From Bacteroidota bacterium (GTDB lineage Bacteria; Bacteroidota; Ignavibacteria; Kapaibacteriales; Kapaibacteriaceae): a DNA stretch of 64,000 bases. Position 1 is the first letter of the stretch. Every line of letters starts with the position of its first letter. The notes below the pieces were generated by a model. The model searched no databases and had not been told where the DNA came from. It saw only the letters and a program-made list of their open reading frames with translations. The position numbers were made by a program, and so were the translations under genes. This document shows positions 20,597 through 30,846 of the stretch, piece by piece. The stretch covers positions 1,012,880 to 1,076,879 of the forward strand of contig JBDKEN010000002.1 of the NCBI GenBank assembly GCA_039795225.1. The letters are read 5' to 3'.

Positions 20597-21363
20597 GTGC
20601 TTCGAACAACATCCGCGAGCAAGGTGTTCTCTTGAGCATCATCGTCCCAACGCTTCAAGAGGAGAAGCTTCTCGAGCGGACGTTGTCAGTGTTCGATCGG
20701 CAGTGGCGGATGACGCACCATGCTGAGCTCATCGTAAGTGATGGTGGAAGCACCGACGACACCATCGTCATCGCTGAGCGTCATGCCGATACTGTTGTTC
20801 GGCATGACGGAGTCCGGCGCCAGACTATTGCCGAGGGCCGCAACTGCGGTGCTGCAATCGCTCGCGGGGACGTACTGGTGTTCATTAATGGTGATACGGT
20901 GCCGGCCGATATTGAAACATTCACGCGCACTCTTGAAGATTTTGCTCACCGTCGTGGGCCGTATGCCCGAGCATCTGCTTTGGCTTGTGCCGTGCGATTT
21001 TTCTCAAGTGACGAAACCATAGCCGATCGACTCTTCCATGGATTCTACAACAACTATGTGCATCTGCTAACCGTGCTGCGCATTGGTGCTGGTCGTGGTG
21101 AATGTCAGGTTGTGCGGCGTAAGATGTTCACAACGGTTGGAGGCTATCGTAACCACCTTGTGGCAGGTGAGGATTTTGATCTCTTGGCTAGGATTGGCAT
21201 GAAGGGGCGCGTTCTGTTTGCTCCCGAACTGCTTGTCTATGAGTCTCCAAGACGGTTCCGCAAGTTTGGGTATTTTCGCATCATTCTGACTTGGGCGATG
21301 AACGCGCTGAGCGTCTTGTTTCGCGGACGCTCATCTTCTGATGAATGGGAACCAGTTCGCTGA
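20593..21363 (+). CDS. family-2 glycosyltransferase (soluble)
   Basis: 256 aa with a GT-A fold signature (LLSIIVPTLQEE...SDGGSTDDT...EDFDL). No TM segment. Start overlaps the previous stop by 4 nt. Confidence 0.8.
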   Translation: MSASNNIREQGVLLSIIVPTLQEEKLLERTLSVFDRQWRMTHHAELIVSDGGSTDDTIVIAERHADTVVRHDGVRRQTIAEGRNCGAAIARGDVLVFINGDTVPADIETFTRTLEDFAHRRGPYARASALACAVRFFSSDETIADRLFHGFYNNYVHLLTVLRIGAGRGECQVVRRKMFTTVGGYRNHLVAGEDFDLLARIGMKGRVLFAPELLVYESPRRFRKFGYFRIILTWAMNALSVLFRGRSSSDEWEPVR

Positions 21364-21396
21364 TCGTTACCACCTTCTACAAATATTCCGACTGAT

Positions 21397-22386
21397 ATGG
21401 ATTATAAATCAGCAGGCGTTGACATTGCTGCAGGTGAAGCACTTGTCGATGACATCAAGCCCTTTGTCAAGGCCACTCGCACTCCTGGAGTACTGAGCGA
21501 GATTGGGCTTTTTGGCGGTTTCTTTGATGCCCGCTTCCCGCAGCTACAGCATCCAGTCCTTGTTGCGAGTACTGATGGAATTGGAACGAAACTGAATGTC
21601 GCCATCATGTCTGGGAAGCACGACACGGTGGGACAATGTCTTGTCAATCATTGCGTGAATGACATCCTTGCCTGTGGTGCACGCCCCCTCTTTTTCCTCG
21701 ATTACTTCGCTACAGGGCGTCTTGAACGTGGAGTTGCAAGGGATGTGATAAAAGGAATTGCTGAAGCTTGCACGCAGAACGGTGCTGCACTTCTCGGTGG
21801 TGAAACGGCAGAAATGCCCTCGCTATACAAGGACGGCGACTATGATGTCGCTGGTACCATTGTTGGCGTTGTTGACAAACACAAGATTCTCAACGGCACA
21901 CGAGTAAACGTCGGCGACGTGTTAATTGGGTTACCCTCGACAGGTCTCCACACGAATGGCTTCTCATTGGCTCGTGCGGCACTCTTCCCCACATATCGTG
22001 TTGATCAATACGTCGACGCGTTGGGATGTACAGTGGGTGAAGCACTGCTAGCCATACATGCCTCGTATCTCTCAGTGATTTCGCCACTTCTCGATGCAGA
22101 CCTTCTGTCGGGGCTCTCGCATATCACGGGCGGTGGAATTGTTGGCAATACTTCGCGCGTTCTGCAATCAGGTCAGCGCCTTGACGTGCAGTGGGGTTCA
22201 TGGAATGTGCCCGAAATTTTCCGCTTGATTCAGCATGCCGGCCAAATCGACGAAGAAGAAATGCGCCATGTTTTCAATCTGGGCGTCGGGATGATCATGA
22301 TTGTCCCGCCTGATCATGTTGATGCAGTGCTATCGATGACGCAGCAAGCAGCACCATTCATGGTCGGACGCGTCGTGGCAGACTGA
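21397..22386 (+). CDS. purM: phosphoribosylformylglycinamidine cyclo-ligase (AIR synthetase)
   Basis: 329 aa, collinear with PurM ([17 protein letters not shown]...GGETAEMP...). Confidence 0.9.
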   Translation: MDYKSAGVDIAAGEALVDDIKPFVKATRTPGVLSEIGLFGGFFDARFPQLQHPVLVASTDGIGTKLNVAIMSGKHDTVGQCLVNHCVNDILACGARPLFFLDYFATGRLERGVARDVIKGIAEACTQNGAALLGGETAEMPSLYKDGDYDVAGTIVGVVDKHKILNGTRVNVGDVLIGLPSTGLHTNGFSLARAALFPTYRVDQYVDALGCTVGEALLAIHASYLSVISPLLDADLLSGLSHITGGGIVGNTSRVLQSGQRLDVQWGSWNVPEIFRLIQHAGQIDEEEMRHVFNLGVGMIMIVPPDHVDAVLSMTQQAAPFMVGRVVAD

Positions 22387-22403
22387 CAACGGAAGGCTCG
22401 CTC

Positions 22404-25046
22404 ATGTTTGACCGCGCACGATCCGTGCTACGAGACGTGTTTGGCCATCCCGATTTTCGAACCGGCCAAGACGACATTGTGCGAGCGGTCCTTTTGGGAC
22501 GTGATGTCCTCGGCGTACTGCCAACTGGTGGGGGGAAATCGGTCTGCTATCAAGTCCCAGCACTGCTGTTTCCGCATACGACACTCGTCGTGTCGCCGCT
22601 CGTAGCGCTCATGCAGGATCAAACGCAGCGACTTCGTCAACGTGGAGTTGCCGCTGCATGCATTCATGCTGGCGTCCCCGAGGATGAGATCCAATTGGTT
22701 CTTCGATCTGCGCAGATGGGGAAGCTGAAGCTTCTCTATATCGCACCGGAGCGACTTGAATCGACCTCGTTTCGCATGAAGCTTCAGACTGTTCCGATAA
22801 GTCTCCTCGCTGTTGATGAGGCACATTGCGTGAGTGAGTGGGGGCATGATTTTCGTCCCAGCTACCGCCGGATTAGTTCCATGTTTGAGCACCGTGCTCG
22901 CGTTCCCGTGGTAGCCCTTACGGCAACGGCAACTCCTGATGTGCGCGCCGACATCATCCGCACGCTAGCACTGAAAAATGCCGTTGAGATTGTCCGGGGC
23001 TTTCACCGACCGAATCTTTCATTCCGGGTTGAAGAAACAGCGTCGAAGGTAGAGTTCCTCACGCGGCACATACGACGTCATCCCTCGGAGTGTACCATCA
23101 TCTACTGCGGCTCACGTCGTCGAGTTGAGACTATTACCGATGAACTGCGCAAGCGTGGTATTGAAGCCCTTGCCTATCACGCCGGGTTACCGTCAGCTCA
23201 GAGATCCGATGTACAAGATCGATTCATCTCTGGAGCGGTCAAGGTTCTGGTTGCTACCAATGCCTTTGGAATGGGCATTGATAAAGCAGACGTGCGTAGT
23301 GTGATTCATTGCGATCTCACGCAAACTCTTGAGGCCTATTATCAGGAGGCAGGCCGCGCTGGTCGCGATGGCGCTGATGCAGCTTGTATCCTTTTGTATC
23401 AGCCCGAAGATCGTCGCTTAATGGACTTTTTCATAAGTGGCACCTATCCTGAACCTGGCGTGATACAGCAGGTGTATGATGCTATAACGTCACGGCTGGG
23501 TTGCAGTATCGGAGTGCAGAGTTCGGAACCAGTGATGGTGGATGAATCAAGCCTCTCATCACAACTGTCTGTCTCAGTTGCCGTGGCAAAAGGTGCGCTG
23601 AACATCCTTGAACGTCAGGGGCTTCTGGTACGAACGACTGCTTCCGGTCAGGCGCGACTGCAGCTCATGACAACGCATGCGCGGCTGGATGAGTATCGCC
23701 ATACTGTTCCCAAATCAAGACTCCGAGCCTTCGATCTTCTGGCTCGTCAACTCGGGCACCTTTACGTCGGGCAGGAGGTTGACCTTCCTTTGAGCGAGCT
23801 GCTCCGACGCAGTGATGTATCTGCTGCAGAACTTGCCTCGTTGCTCAGCACCATGCATCTGGCGCATTTGATTCGATATCGACCTCCGCAGACAGGGGGC
23901 GGCATCGTTGTCCTGGGCCCACGTCGAAGTTTGGATGATCTGGGTATTGATGTTGCTGCGATCCACCAGCGTCGGGCTCATGCCATCCAAAAGCTTGAAG
24001 TGATGATTGGCTATGCTGAGACGCGCCAGTGTAAACAGAACTTCATCCTCGCCTACTTTGGTGATGCGTCGGGAAGTCTTCGTTGTGGACGCTGTTCGTC
24101 GTGCCAGCTCAGCCCTGCTGGTGATACAGCGCTATCCCAACGACAACGTGTTCTGCTCCAATCAATTCTCTCGACTGTCTGGCAACTGCGCGGTCGCTTT
24201 GGCCGGCATGTGGTCTCGGATGTTGTCCGCGGCGTGGTGTCGGATCGCGTGCGCGAGTATCGTCTCGATCGTTCAGTTAGCTGGGGCACAATGCGTGAAC
24301 GGAGTCGTGCCGAAGTACTCGAGGCTCTTGACGAGGCAATTGATCGTGGGTGGCTGCTGAGGTCCGCAGATCTCTACCCGACGATTGGAGTAACGTCTGA
24401 CGGTCTTCTACAGCTTGGCACTCAGCCTCGTCCGCTCGATCTTCGTAAGCGTCCTGCAACGTTGGCCGGTACTGCTTCAGCAGATGTCGTCGCTCGCCGG
24501 TTTGAGGCTCTTACCATCATGCGTGAACGTCTTGCAGAGCGCCTCGGTGTCTCGGCAAATGCACTCGTGCTGGATGAGGAACTCCAATCAATTGCAGAGG
24601 ACGCACCACGTTCGTTTGCAGACTTCCGACCGGGCCGTCACGGTAGTGGATTGTTCATCTCTCAGCATGCGCCAGACGTCCTCGAGGTAATCAGATCGTG
24701 TGATGCCGGAGATGGAACGCTACAGCAGTTGAATGTAGACCCAGACGCTCTGCTCGGACATCTTGTACGCCAGCGAACAACATTACTCGATCTTGCCCGT
24801 GAAGCACAAAAGACACCGGCAGCCACTGCACGCTCGCTGGAATCATTGATAGAGCGTGGTGCATTGACAGATCGTGGAGAGCTTATCGACGAGGATCTCT
24901 ATGCACGCGTCCTTGAGTATGTTCGATTTCATCGCTATGCAAAGCTTCGGCAGGTAGTAGACCATTTGCAAGGTGATGTAGATCTCCCGTCCTTGCGCGT
25001 GGCGTTGGCCTTTGCTCGTCGGGACTTGTCAAATGAAGGATTATAA
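22404..25046 (+). CDS. recQ: ATP-dependent DNA helicase RecQ with an extended C-terminal region
   Basis: 880 aa. N-terminal ~520 aa is the canonical RecQ helicase core ([16 protein letters not shown], Zn-binding CxxC...C) followed by HRDC-like region(s). About 270 aa longer than E. coli RecQ. Confidence 0.9.
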   Translation: MFDRARSVLRDVFGHPDFRTGQDDIVRAVLLGRDVLGVLPTGGGKSVCYQVPALLFPHTTLVVSPLVALMQDQTQRLRQRGVAAACIHAGVPEDEIQLVLRSAQMGKLKLLYIAPERLESTSFRMKLQTVPISLLAVDEAHCVSEWGHDFRPSYRRISSMFEHRARVPVVALTATATPDVRADIIRTLALKNAVEIVRGFHRPNLSFRVEETASKVEFLTRHIRRHPSECTIIYCGSRRRVETITDELRKRGIEALAYHAGLPSAQRSDVQDRFISGAVKVLVATNAFGMGIDKADVRSVIHCDLTQTLEAYYQEAGRAGRDGADAACILLYQPEDRRLMDFFISGTYPEPGVIQQVYDAITSRLGCSIGVQSSEPVMVDESSLSSQLSVSVAVAKGALNILERQGLLVRTTASGQARLQLMTTHARLDEYRHTVPKSRLRAFDLLARQLGHLYVGQEVDLPLSELLRRSDVSAAELASLLSTMHLAHLIRYRPPQTGGGIVVLGPRRSLDDLGIDVAAIHQRRAHAIQKLEVMIGYAETRQCKQNFILAYFGDASGSLRCGRCSSCQLSPAGDTALSQRQRVLLQSILSTVWQLRGRFGRHVVSDVVRGVVSDRVREYRLDRSVSWGTMRERSRAEVLEALDEAIDRGWLLRSADLYPTIGVTSDGLLQLGTQPRPLDLRKRPATLAGTASADVVARRFEALTIMRERLAERLGVSANALVLDEELQSIAEDAPRSFADFRPGRHGSGLFISQHAPDVLEVIRSCDAGDGTLQQLNVDPDALLGHLVRQRTTLLDLAREAQKTPAATARSLESLIERGALTDRGELIDEDLYARVLEYVRFHRYAKLRQVVDHLQGDVDLPSLRVALAFARRDLSNEGL

Positions 25047-25055
25047 TCCAAGCAG

Positions 25056-28000
25056 ATGAACGCCAGAAAAATCATCATTGCGTTTATGTCGTTGTGTTTT
25101 GTGTCAAGCGCGTTGGCGCAGCAACGATATCTCGTCCGCATTTCAGCGGATGCGGCAAGTTCAACGCTCAGTGACGTTATGAGCATGCCAGCACTTTCTC
25201 AGCAGCTGCTGCGCTTCAAGAATGCTGACAATGTTCAATCTGATGCCGAGCGACGCATGTTCCAGCGCCTGTCGCAGTATCATGTCGTAACGGTTGACGC
25301 TGGTCACTCTATCGACGTGTTGTTACGACGCGAGGGAGTCGAGCTCGTACAGCCACTGGGGCGTTTCCAGTTACATGAGGAAGCGCTTACGGATGACTCT
25401 CTATCGTCGAGTCAGTATGCATTGCATCGAGTACAGGCTTCACGTGCATGGAAGCAAGCCACTGGAAGGGGCGTTGTTGTTGGTATCATCGACACTGGGA
25501 TTGATTGGAATCATGAAGATCTTGTCAATGCGCTCGATGTCAACTCGGACGAGGACCGCAATGGGAATGGTCGATTCGATCCTTGGCCGGCCACCGATAC
25601 GCTTGGTGGTGTCCCGGGCGATCTTGATGGCGTTGATAATGACGCCAATGGTGTGATTGATGATGTAATTGGAATTGATGTGGTCGATCAGACGAATCGG
25701 AATCTTGGCGATGACCGTGTAATCGATCCTGTGCCATTCGATGAGCAGGGGCACGGAACGCTTGTCGCCGGTGTGATTGCTGCGACACCCAACAATAAAA
25801 AAGGTATCGCAGGACTGGCGTATGATGCACGACTGCGCATTGTGCGAGCATTTGATGCGACTGGCAATGCAGAGGAAGATGATATTGCTACAGCGGTGGT
25901 GTATCTGGCCCAGCAGCGTGTTGACATCATCAATATGAGCTTTGGTGATGGTGCAGATTCACCGTTGTTACAAGATGCGATTCGCTACGCTGCTGCTCGT
26001 GGATGCATTCTTGTGGCGTCGGTAGGGAACAGCGGTGTGGTCTCACGCCAGTATCCAGCTGGATACGACAACGTTATCGCTGTCGGAGCAACAAACGATG
26101 CGAACCGCAGAGCCCCTTTCTCGTCGACAGGTGCACTTGTAGCTCTTTCTGCCCCCGGACAGAGTATCATTACCACTGCAGTGGATTCACGATATCGAAG
26201 CGTGAGCGGCACATCATTCGCCGCGCCCTATGTTGCCGCAGCGTGTGCGTTAATGCGCGAGCGCTTCCCCAGTATCGAGCCAGCTGAAGTCCGATCGACG
26301 TTGCAGCAACGGTCGCTCGACCTCGGCGAAGTAGGGTGGGATGAACTGTATGGGGCAGGTCTTGTTCAAGCCGACCGTGCATGTAGCGATGGGCCACTCA
26401 GTCGTGTTGAGGTGACATCTCCGCTGAATGAGGAGGAAGTCGACGCAGCCGTCTCACCATCGATCGATGTCTACGGTAGTACAACCCTAGCAAGTTTTCG
26501 AGGCTATGAAATCGCTGTTGGGGAAGGTCTTTCTCCGCGTTCATGGACAAGCCTCGTGGAGTCCTCAACATCTATTCGAAATGGACTCCTCGGTCGCATC
26601 ACGTTGCCTTCGGGTGACAGTTCTGTTGTAACGCTGCGTCTAAGAGTTTTGAGCAGTGATGGTCGCTCATTGGACGTAATGAAGCGACTGCGCCGCGTCG
26701 ATACGGGCGCACTGCACATCCAATCGCTCGAGGTTGTTCCGGCCTGGAGTAAAGATCGACGAACGCACATTGTTACAGTTGCACTTTCGCAGCCATGTTC
26801 GTGTGAGATTGCTACTGCCGACCAACTATCGTCGCCGATGCTGGCCTATTCTCCCCGCCGCAGCCGTCGGCATTCAATGGTTCTTCCGGATTCATTGATT
26901 GGAATGGACCTCCGCCGTCTTGTGCTTCGTTGTCGTGGACGTATTGGAGGGATGATTGATACACTGCTCGCAGTCAACGGTGTACGGCAAGGGGCTGGCG
27001 CTGAATCCCAGTGGCGTTTTGTCGATGAAGCTCCATGGGCAGGGTATGTGCTGCCAGATGTTCGTGATCTGTATCGTGACGGCAAACCAACAGTGGTCAT
27101 GAGCGACCTTACGCGCGGAACGTTTGGTGCTCTCGTTACACGACAGTACGAAGGTGGTCGATGGATAACAAGGGATTCGCTGAATGAGGTATACATCCCA
27201 CGAGGATTAGGTGATGTTAACGGAAACGGTCGAACCGACCTGCTTGTACATACCGTTGGGAAAGTTGTTCTCTTCGAACAGCAGCGTACTGATGCAAGCC
27301 CCTTCGGCTCGGTAATCTTTGCTGATACAACGCGTGAACTTAATGGCGCTGGTCTGGCCGACATTGATGCAGACGGGGCAGAGGAGATTCTTGCCCTCTC
27401 GGATAACACTTGTGCAGTGTTCAAATCCGACGGTCCGGCGTTCAAACTGCTTGGGACAATTACAAATCCGACTCCGCCGCATCGGGGAAGTGCAAGTAAT
27501 AGGGTTGACGAGATTAGTGTCGCCGCAGCCGACTTTGATGGTGACGGTCGGATCGAGGTTGCCTTCGCTGATACCGATGGCGATCTTGTTGTGGGCGAAT
27601 GGAATGGTTCGGAGTTCTCCGTTACATCTACCTTCCTGTCGTCTGGCGTCGGCGGTTCAGGGTATGTTGCCGCTGGTGACGTTACCGGTGATGGTCGTGC
27701 TGACATCCTTCTCGGTGTGCCGGATTCAACTGATCCTGACGCAAATGGTGAGGTGGGCCGCTCGGCATGGACGTATACTCTGCTTACCGCAAACGAGAAC
27801 GATCAGTTTTCCGTGGCATGGCAGGATCGTGTTGCGGGTGTTCGGTACGGTATAGGCTATCGCAATGGAGTCGCTATTGCCGAGCTTGATGACATTCCAG
27901 GTGCCGAGATCGTTGTTGTTGCCTTTCCGAGGTTGTTCATCTTCGGGAAATCCATGTCAGCTGACACGGGGCTCGTCTGCAAACGGTATATCGAAGACGT

Positions 28001-29315
28001 CTCCTCTCCTCGAGTTCTCGTGTATGACTTTGATGGCAATGGTCGGCCTGAACTTGGCTATGGATCCACAGTTGATGAGATCGGGGCAATGACCTCATTC
28101 ATGTTCACTGAAGCGTTGCCGACGGTGGTGCCTCGCGCCCCTGCATCACTGCGGGGTCGGTGGGTCGATTCGAGTTTCATCCTCGATTGGATGTGGAAGG
28201 CAGAAGATGATGTGCAGTTCGTGATTGAAGGTGCATCACCGGGTAGTGGTTATCAGATAATCGACACAATTGATCGACGGCAATATGTGATTGCAGACAC
28301 CCAGTTTGTTTCATCGTCGATGCGATATCGAGTCCGCTGTTTGGATGGGCGGACGGGCGCGCTGAGTGCCCCTTCCAATGCGGTGATCATGTTTAAGCCC
28401 TCAGCTGTTGTGCGCTTGGCGTTGGATCGCGATTCAATTCGTCGGTGGACGGTTCAAGATGGACTGCAGGTGCGTGTGCTGTCCTCCGACGATCTGCTGC
28501 CAACATCGCTACCTTCAGCTTCCTGTCGAGCCGTGTTTCCCGAGAATGGAGCGTCAATCCAAGCGAGCTCGGCCGTGCTGCGCACGTCGCGGGAATTCCT
28601 CCTAACGTTCCCTCCGATGAACGTGGACGACTCAGTGATTGTCAGTATCTCCGGTATACGATCGGCGACCGGCAAGCAGATTCCAGACACAGCATTGGTG
28701 ATGTACGTTCAGTCGGATCCGAAGGTGATACCGGAGATTATCGTCGCCTCGCTTGATGTCCTGTCGTCAATATCTTTACTGGTGTCGTTTGATCAAGCTG
28801 TGGATTCAACTGCGAATCAACCTGAGTGCTATCTCCTTCGCCCGACTGGTCGCGTTGCAGAGGTGGAGTTCGTGAACGATCGCACGAGACGACTGCGCTT
28901 GTCCCAAGATCAGCAACTTGAGGCTCGTGGTGTACCCTATGCACTCACGGTCCGAGGAGTGACCTCTTCAGCCGGTTCACGGATTACGACGGGTCCGGGC
29001 TCTACAATTCTCTTTAGTGTTGTGGGTATGCAGTTGGCAGATGTTTTTGCCTACCCGCAGCCGCTGCGACTTACGCAGCATTCATCACTGGTTATCGCCG
29101 GACTACCGGCGGCAGCCGAGGTCGAGGTTCTCGATGCATCATTCGTGTCGTTGGCAACTATCGCAACGACGGCTGCCATTGGCGGTGTTGAATGGGATCT
29201 CCAACTCAGCGATGGGCGGACTCTTGTACCAGGTCTCTACTACCTGCGCGTCCGAGACACTGGTGGTAGTCAACCCGGTGAGCCGATCCTTCGAAAGATC
29301 TGGGTCGAGCGCTGA
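25056..29315 (+). CDS. subtilisin-family (S8) serine peptidase with FG-GAP-like repeats and a T9SS C-terminal sorting domain
   Basis: 1419 aa with a signal peptide. Catalytic triad contexts VGIIDTGID (Asp), HGTLVAGVIAA (His), GTSFAAPYVAAACAL (Ser). Several DFDGDGR / GDVTGDGRADIL Ca-binding FG-GAP/VCBS-like repeats. C-terminal ~80 aa are CTD-like (AYPQPLRLT...YYLRVRD...ILRKIWVER). Confidence 0.9.
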   Translation: MNARKIIIAFMSLCFVSSALAQQRYLVRISADAASSTLSDVMSMPALSQQLLRFKNADNVQSDAERRMFQRLSQYHVVTVDAGHSIDVLLRREGVELVQPLGRFQLHEEALTDDSLSSSQYALHRVQASRAWKQATGRGVVVGIIDTGIDWNHEDLVNALDVNSDEDRNGNGRFDPWPATDTLGGVPGDLDGVDNDANGVIDDVIGIDVVDQTNRNLGDDRVIDPVPFDEQGHGTLVAGVIAATPNNKKGIAGLAYDARLRIVRAFDATGNAEEDDIATAVVYLAQQRVDIINMSFGDGADSPLLQDAIRYAAARGCILVASVGNSGVVSRQYPAGYDNVIAVGATNDANRRAPFSSTGALVALSAPGQSIITTAVDSRYRSVSGTSFAAPYVAAACALMRERFPSIEPAEVRSTLQQRSLDLGEVGWDELYGAGLVQADRACSDGPLSRVEVTSPLNEEEVDAAVSPSIDVYGSTTLASFRGYEIAVGEGLSPRSWTSLVESSTSIRNGLLGRITLPSGDSSVVTLRLRVLSSDGRSLDVMKRLRRVDTGALHIQSLEVVPAWSKDRRTHIVTVALSQPCSCEIATADQLSSPMLAYSPRRSRRHSMVLPDSLIGMDLRRLVLRCRGRIGGMIDTLLAVNGVRQGAGAESQWRFVDEAPWAGYVLPDVRDLYRDGKPTVVMSDLTRGTFGALVTRQYEGGRWITRDSLNEVYIPRGLGDVNGNGRTDLLVHTVGKVVLFEQQRTDASPFGSVIFADTTRELNGAGLADIDADGAEEILALSDNTCAVFKSDGPAFKLLGTITNPTPPHRGSASNRVDEISVAAADFDGDGRIEVAFADTDGDLVVGEWNGSEFSVTSTFLSSGVGGSGYVAAGDVTGDGRADILLGVPDSTDPDANGEVGRSAWTYTLLTANENDQFSVAWQDRVAGVRYGIGYRNGVAIAELDDIPGAEIVVVAFPRLFIFGKSMSADTGLVCKRYIEDVSSPRVLVYDFDGNGRPELGYGSTVDEIGAMTSFMFTEALPTVVPRAPASLRGRWVDSSFILDWMWKAEDDVQFVIEGASPGSGYQIIDTIDRRQYVIADTQFVSSSMRYRVRCLDGRTGALSAPSNAVIMFKPSAVVRLALDRDSIRRWTVQDGLQVRVLSSDDLLPTSLPSASCRAVFPENGASIQASSAVLRTSREFLLTFPPMNVDDSVIVSISGIRSATGKQIPDTALVMYVQSDPKVIPEIIVASLDVLSSISLLVSFDQAVDSTANQPECYLLRPTGRVAEVEFVNDRTRRLRLSQDQQLEARGVPYALTVRGVTSSAGSRITTGPGSTILFSVVGMQLADVFAYPQPLRLTQHSSLVIAGLPAAAEVEVLDASFVSLATIATTAAIGGVEWDLQLSDGRTLVPGLYYLRVRDTGGSQPGEPILRKIWVER

Positions 29316-29316
29316 C

Positions 29317-30756
29317 TCATTCAGCTGAGGAACCGCAGAGCATCGACCGTAGGCCCCCTACATCACCGTTGCTCAAAATGGCAATGACATCGCTCTTGTG
29401 AACGAGACCGTCGAGAAAGCTGATAACGTCATGGCCCCACAGAGGGTCTGCTGCGCGAGAAGCATCGATCGAATATGCATTGATGCCATGCTGAGCGATA
29501 TCACGCACGAGCTGCTCAGTATCAAGGCGCTCGTGCTCGGCGTATCGTTCTGGGCGATTAACTGGACCGAGGCAAACACTTGTGGCCCCCTGGAAACATG
29601 CAGCGAGTTCACGCTGGAAGAAATTCCTCGTTGTGGTGTTTGAACGGGGCTCGAAAACCACATGGACACGGGCAGAACTGTATTTCTGCTGAAGTGCTGC
29701 GATTGTTGCCGCGATCGCTGTTGGGTGATGCGCAAAATCATCAACGACAATGGCACCGTGCCATACGCCAACTTCTTCAAGTCGACGCTTTGGTGGGGAG
29801 TAGAGTGGCATTGCTCGCTCCTGCTCATGCGCCGTCAGTCCGGCGTGATACGTCGAGGCAATCGCCATTGATGCGTTGCGGACATTATGCAAGCCTGGCA
29901 TCGGCAGCTGGAATCGACCATACAACGCGTCATTGTACGATAGCGACCATTGGGTGAATTGACCGTCTTCGACGATGTCGTGGATTCGCCATGTCGCTGT
30001 ATTGTCGATCCCTACTGTCTCCAGTCGCGTAGGGCACGGTTCAGCTGCGGCAAGGGCATTAGGGTCGTCGGAATTCACAAGGAGTACACCATTTCGAGGA
30101 ATGATGCGTACCATCTGCCGGAACGATCGAAGGATGGCATCCAAACTGTCAAAGATGTCCGCGTGGTCAAACTCGATGTTGTTGATGATTGCAATCGTTG
30201 GACGGTAGTGGACGAACTTGCTTCGTTTATCGAAGAATGCTGTGTCATATTCGTCGCCCTCGCTGACGAAAACCCCCGCCATCGTGTCGTGAATGCCAGA
30301 GGGGACAGGACGACATCCGCTCTCAAAGTTTCCAGGCACTCCCCCAATCAGGAATCCAGGTTGACGCTGCGCGTGCTCAAGCAGCCACGCCGTCATGCTC
30401 GATGTTGTCGTCTTGCCGTGCGTGCCACAACAGACGATCGAAGTGTTTCGGGAAATGAATAGACGCCCAACGAGCTCCGCCATGGAAGTGGTTGCTAGGC
30501 GCTGATCGAGGGCAAACTCAAGCTCGGGATTGCCTCGACTGATGGCATTGCCAACCACGATAAGATCAGGTTGAAGATCCGCCAGTCGTTCCGAGCTGTA
30601 CCCTTCATACCGTGCGATTCCAGCGTTCTCAAGCACACTGCGCATTGGCTCGTATACAGGTCCATCACTACCCGTTACGGTATGTCCTTGCATCCTGCAT
30701 GCCACAGCAACCGATCCCATGGCAGTGCCACCAATGCCAATGAAATGAATCTGCAT
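29317..30756 (-). CDS. mpl: UDP-N-acetylmuramate:L-alanyl-gamma-D-glutamyl-meso-diaminopimelate ligase (murein peptide ligase)
   Basis: Start at MQIHFIGIGGTAMGSVA, which resembles the Mpl N-terminus (MRIHILGICGTFMGGLA) more than MurC. Mur ligase middle domain (GTHGKTTTS). Convergent with the S8 gene; the two stops are 1 nt apart. Confidence 0.8.
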   Translation of the reverse strand: MQIHFIGIGGTAMGSVAVACRMQGHTVTGSDGPVYEPMRSVLENAGIARYEGYSSERLADLQPDLIVVGNAISRGNPELEFALDQRLATTSMAELVGRLFISRNTSIVCCGTHGKTTTSSMTAWLLEHAQRQPGFLIGGVPGNFESGCRPVPSGIHDTMAGVFVSEGDEYDTAFFDKRSKFVHYRPTIAIINNIEFDHADIFDSLDAILRSFRQMVRIIPRNGVLLVNSDDPNALAAAEPCPTRLETVGIDNTATWRIHDIVEDGQFTQWSLSYNDALYGRFQLPMPGLHNVRNASMAIASTYHAGLTAHEQERAMPLYSPPKRRLEEVGVWHGAIVVDDFAHHPTAIAATIAALQQKYSSARVHVVFEPRSNTTTRNFFQRELAACFQGATSVCLGPVNRPERYAEHERLDTEQLVRDIAQHGINAYSIDASRAADPLWGHDVISFLDGLVHKSDVIAILSNGDVGGLRSMLCGSSAE

Positions 30757-30846
30757 TCCCCGCCTGCTTTCGAAAAAGTGGTAAATTCCGGCTGTCACAA
30801 ACATACGTCCACCACAGTGGGGGACGTTCAAAAGGATCGGATCATC

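Noticed and set aside
30571-30846. N-terminal extension of the BNR-repeat gene (listed ORF start 30571)
   Set aside because: It overlaps the 5' end of mpl on the opposite strand. A proper signal peptide begins at the Met at 30847.
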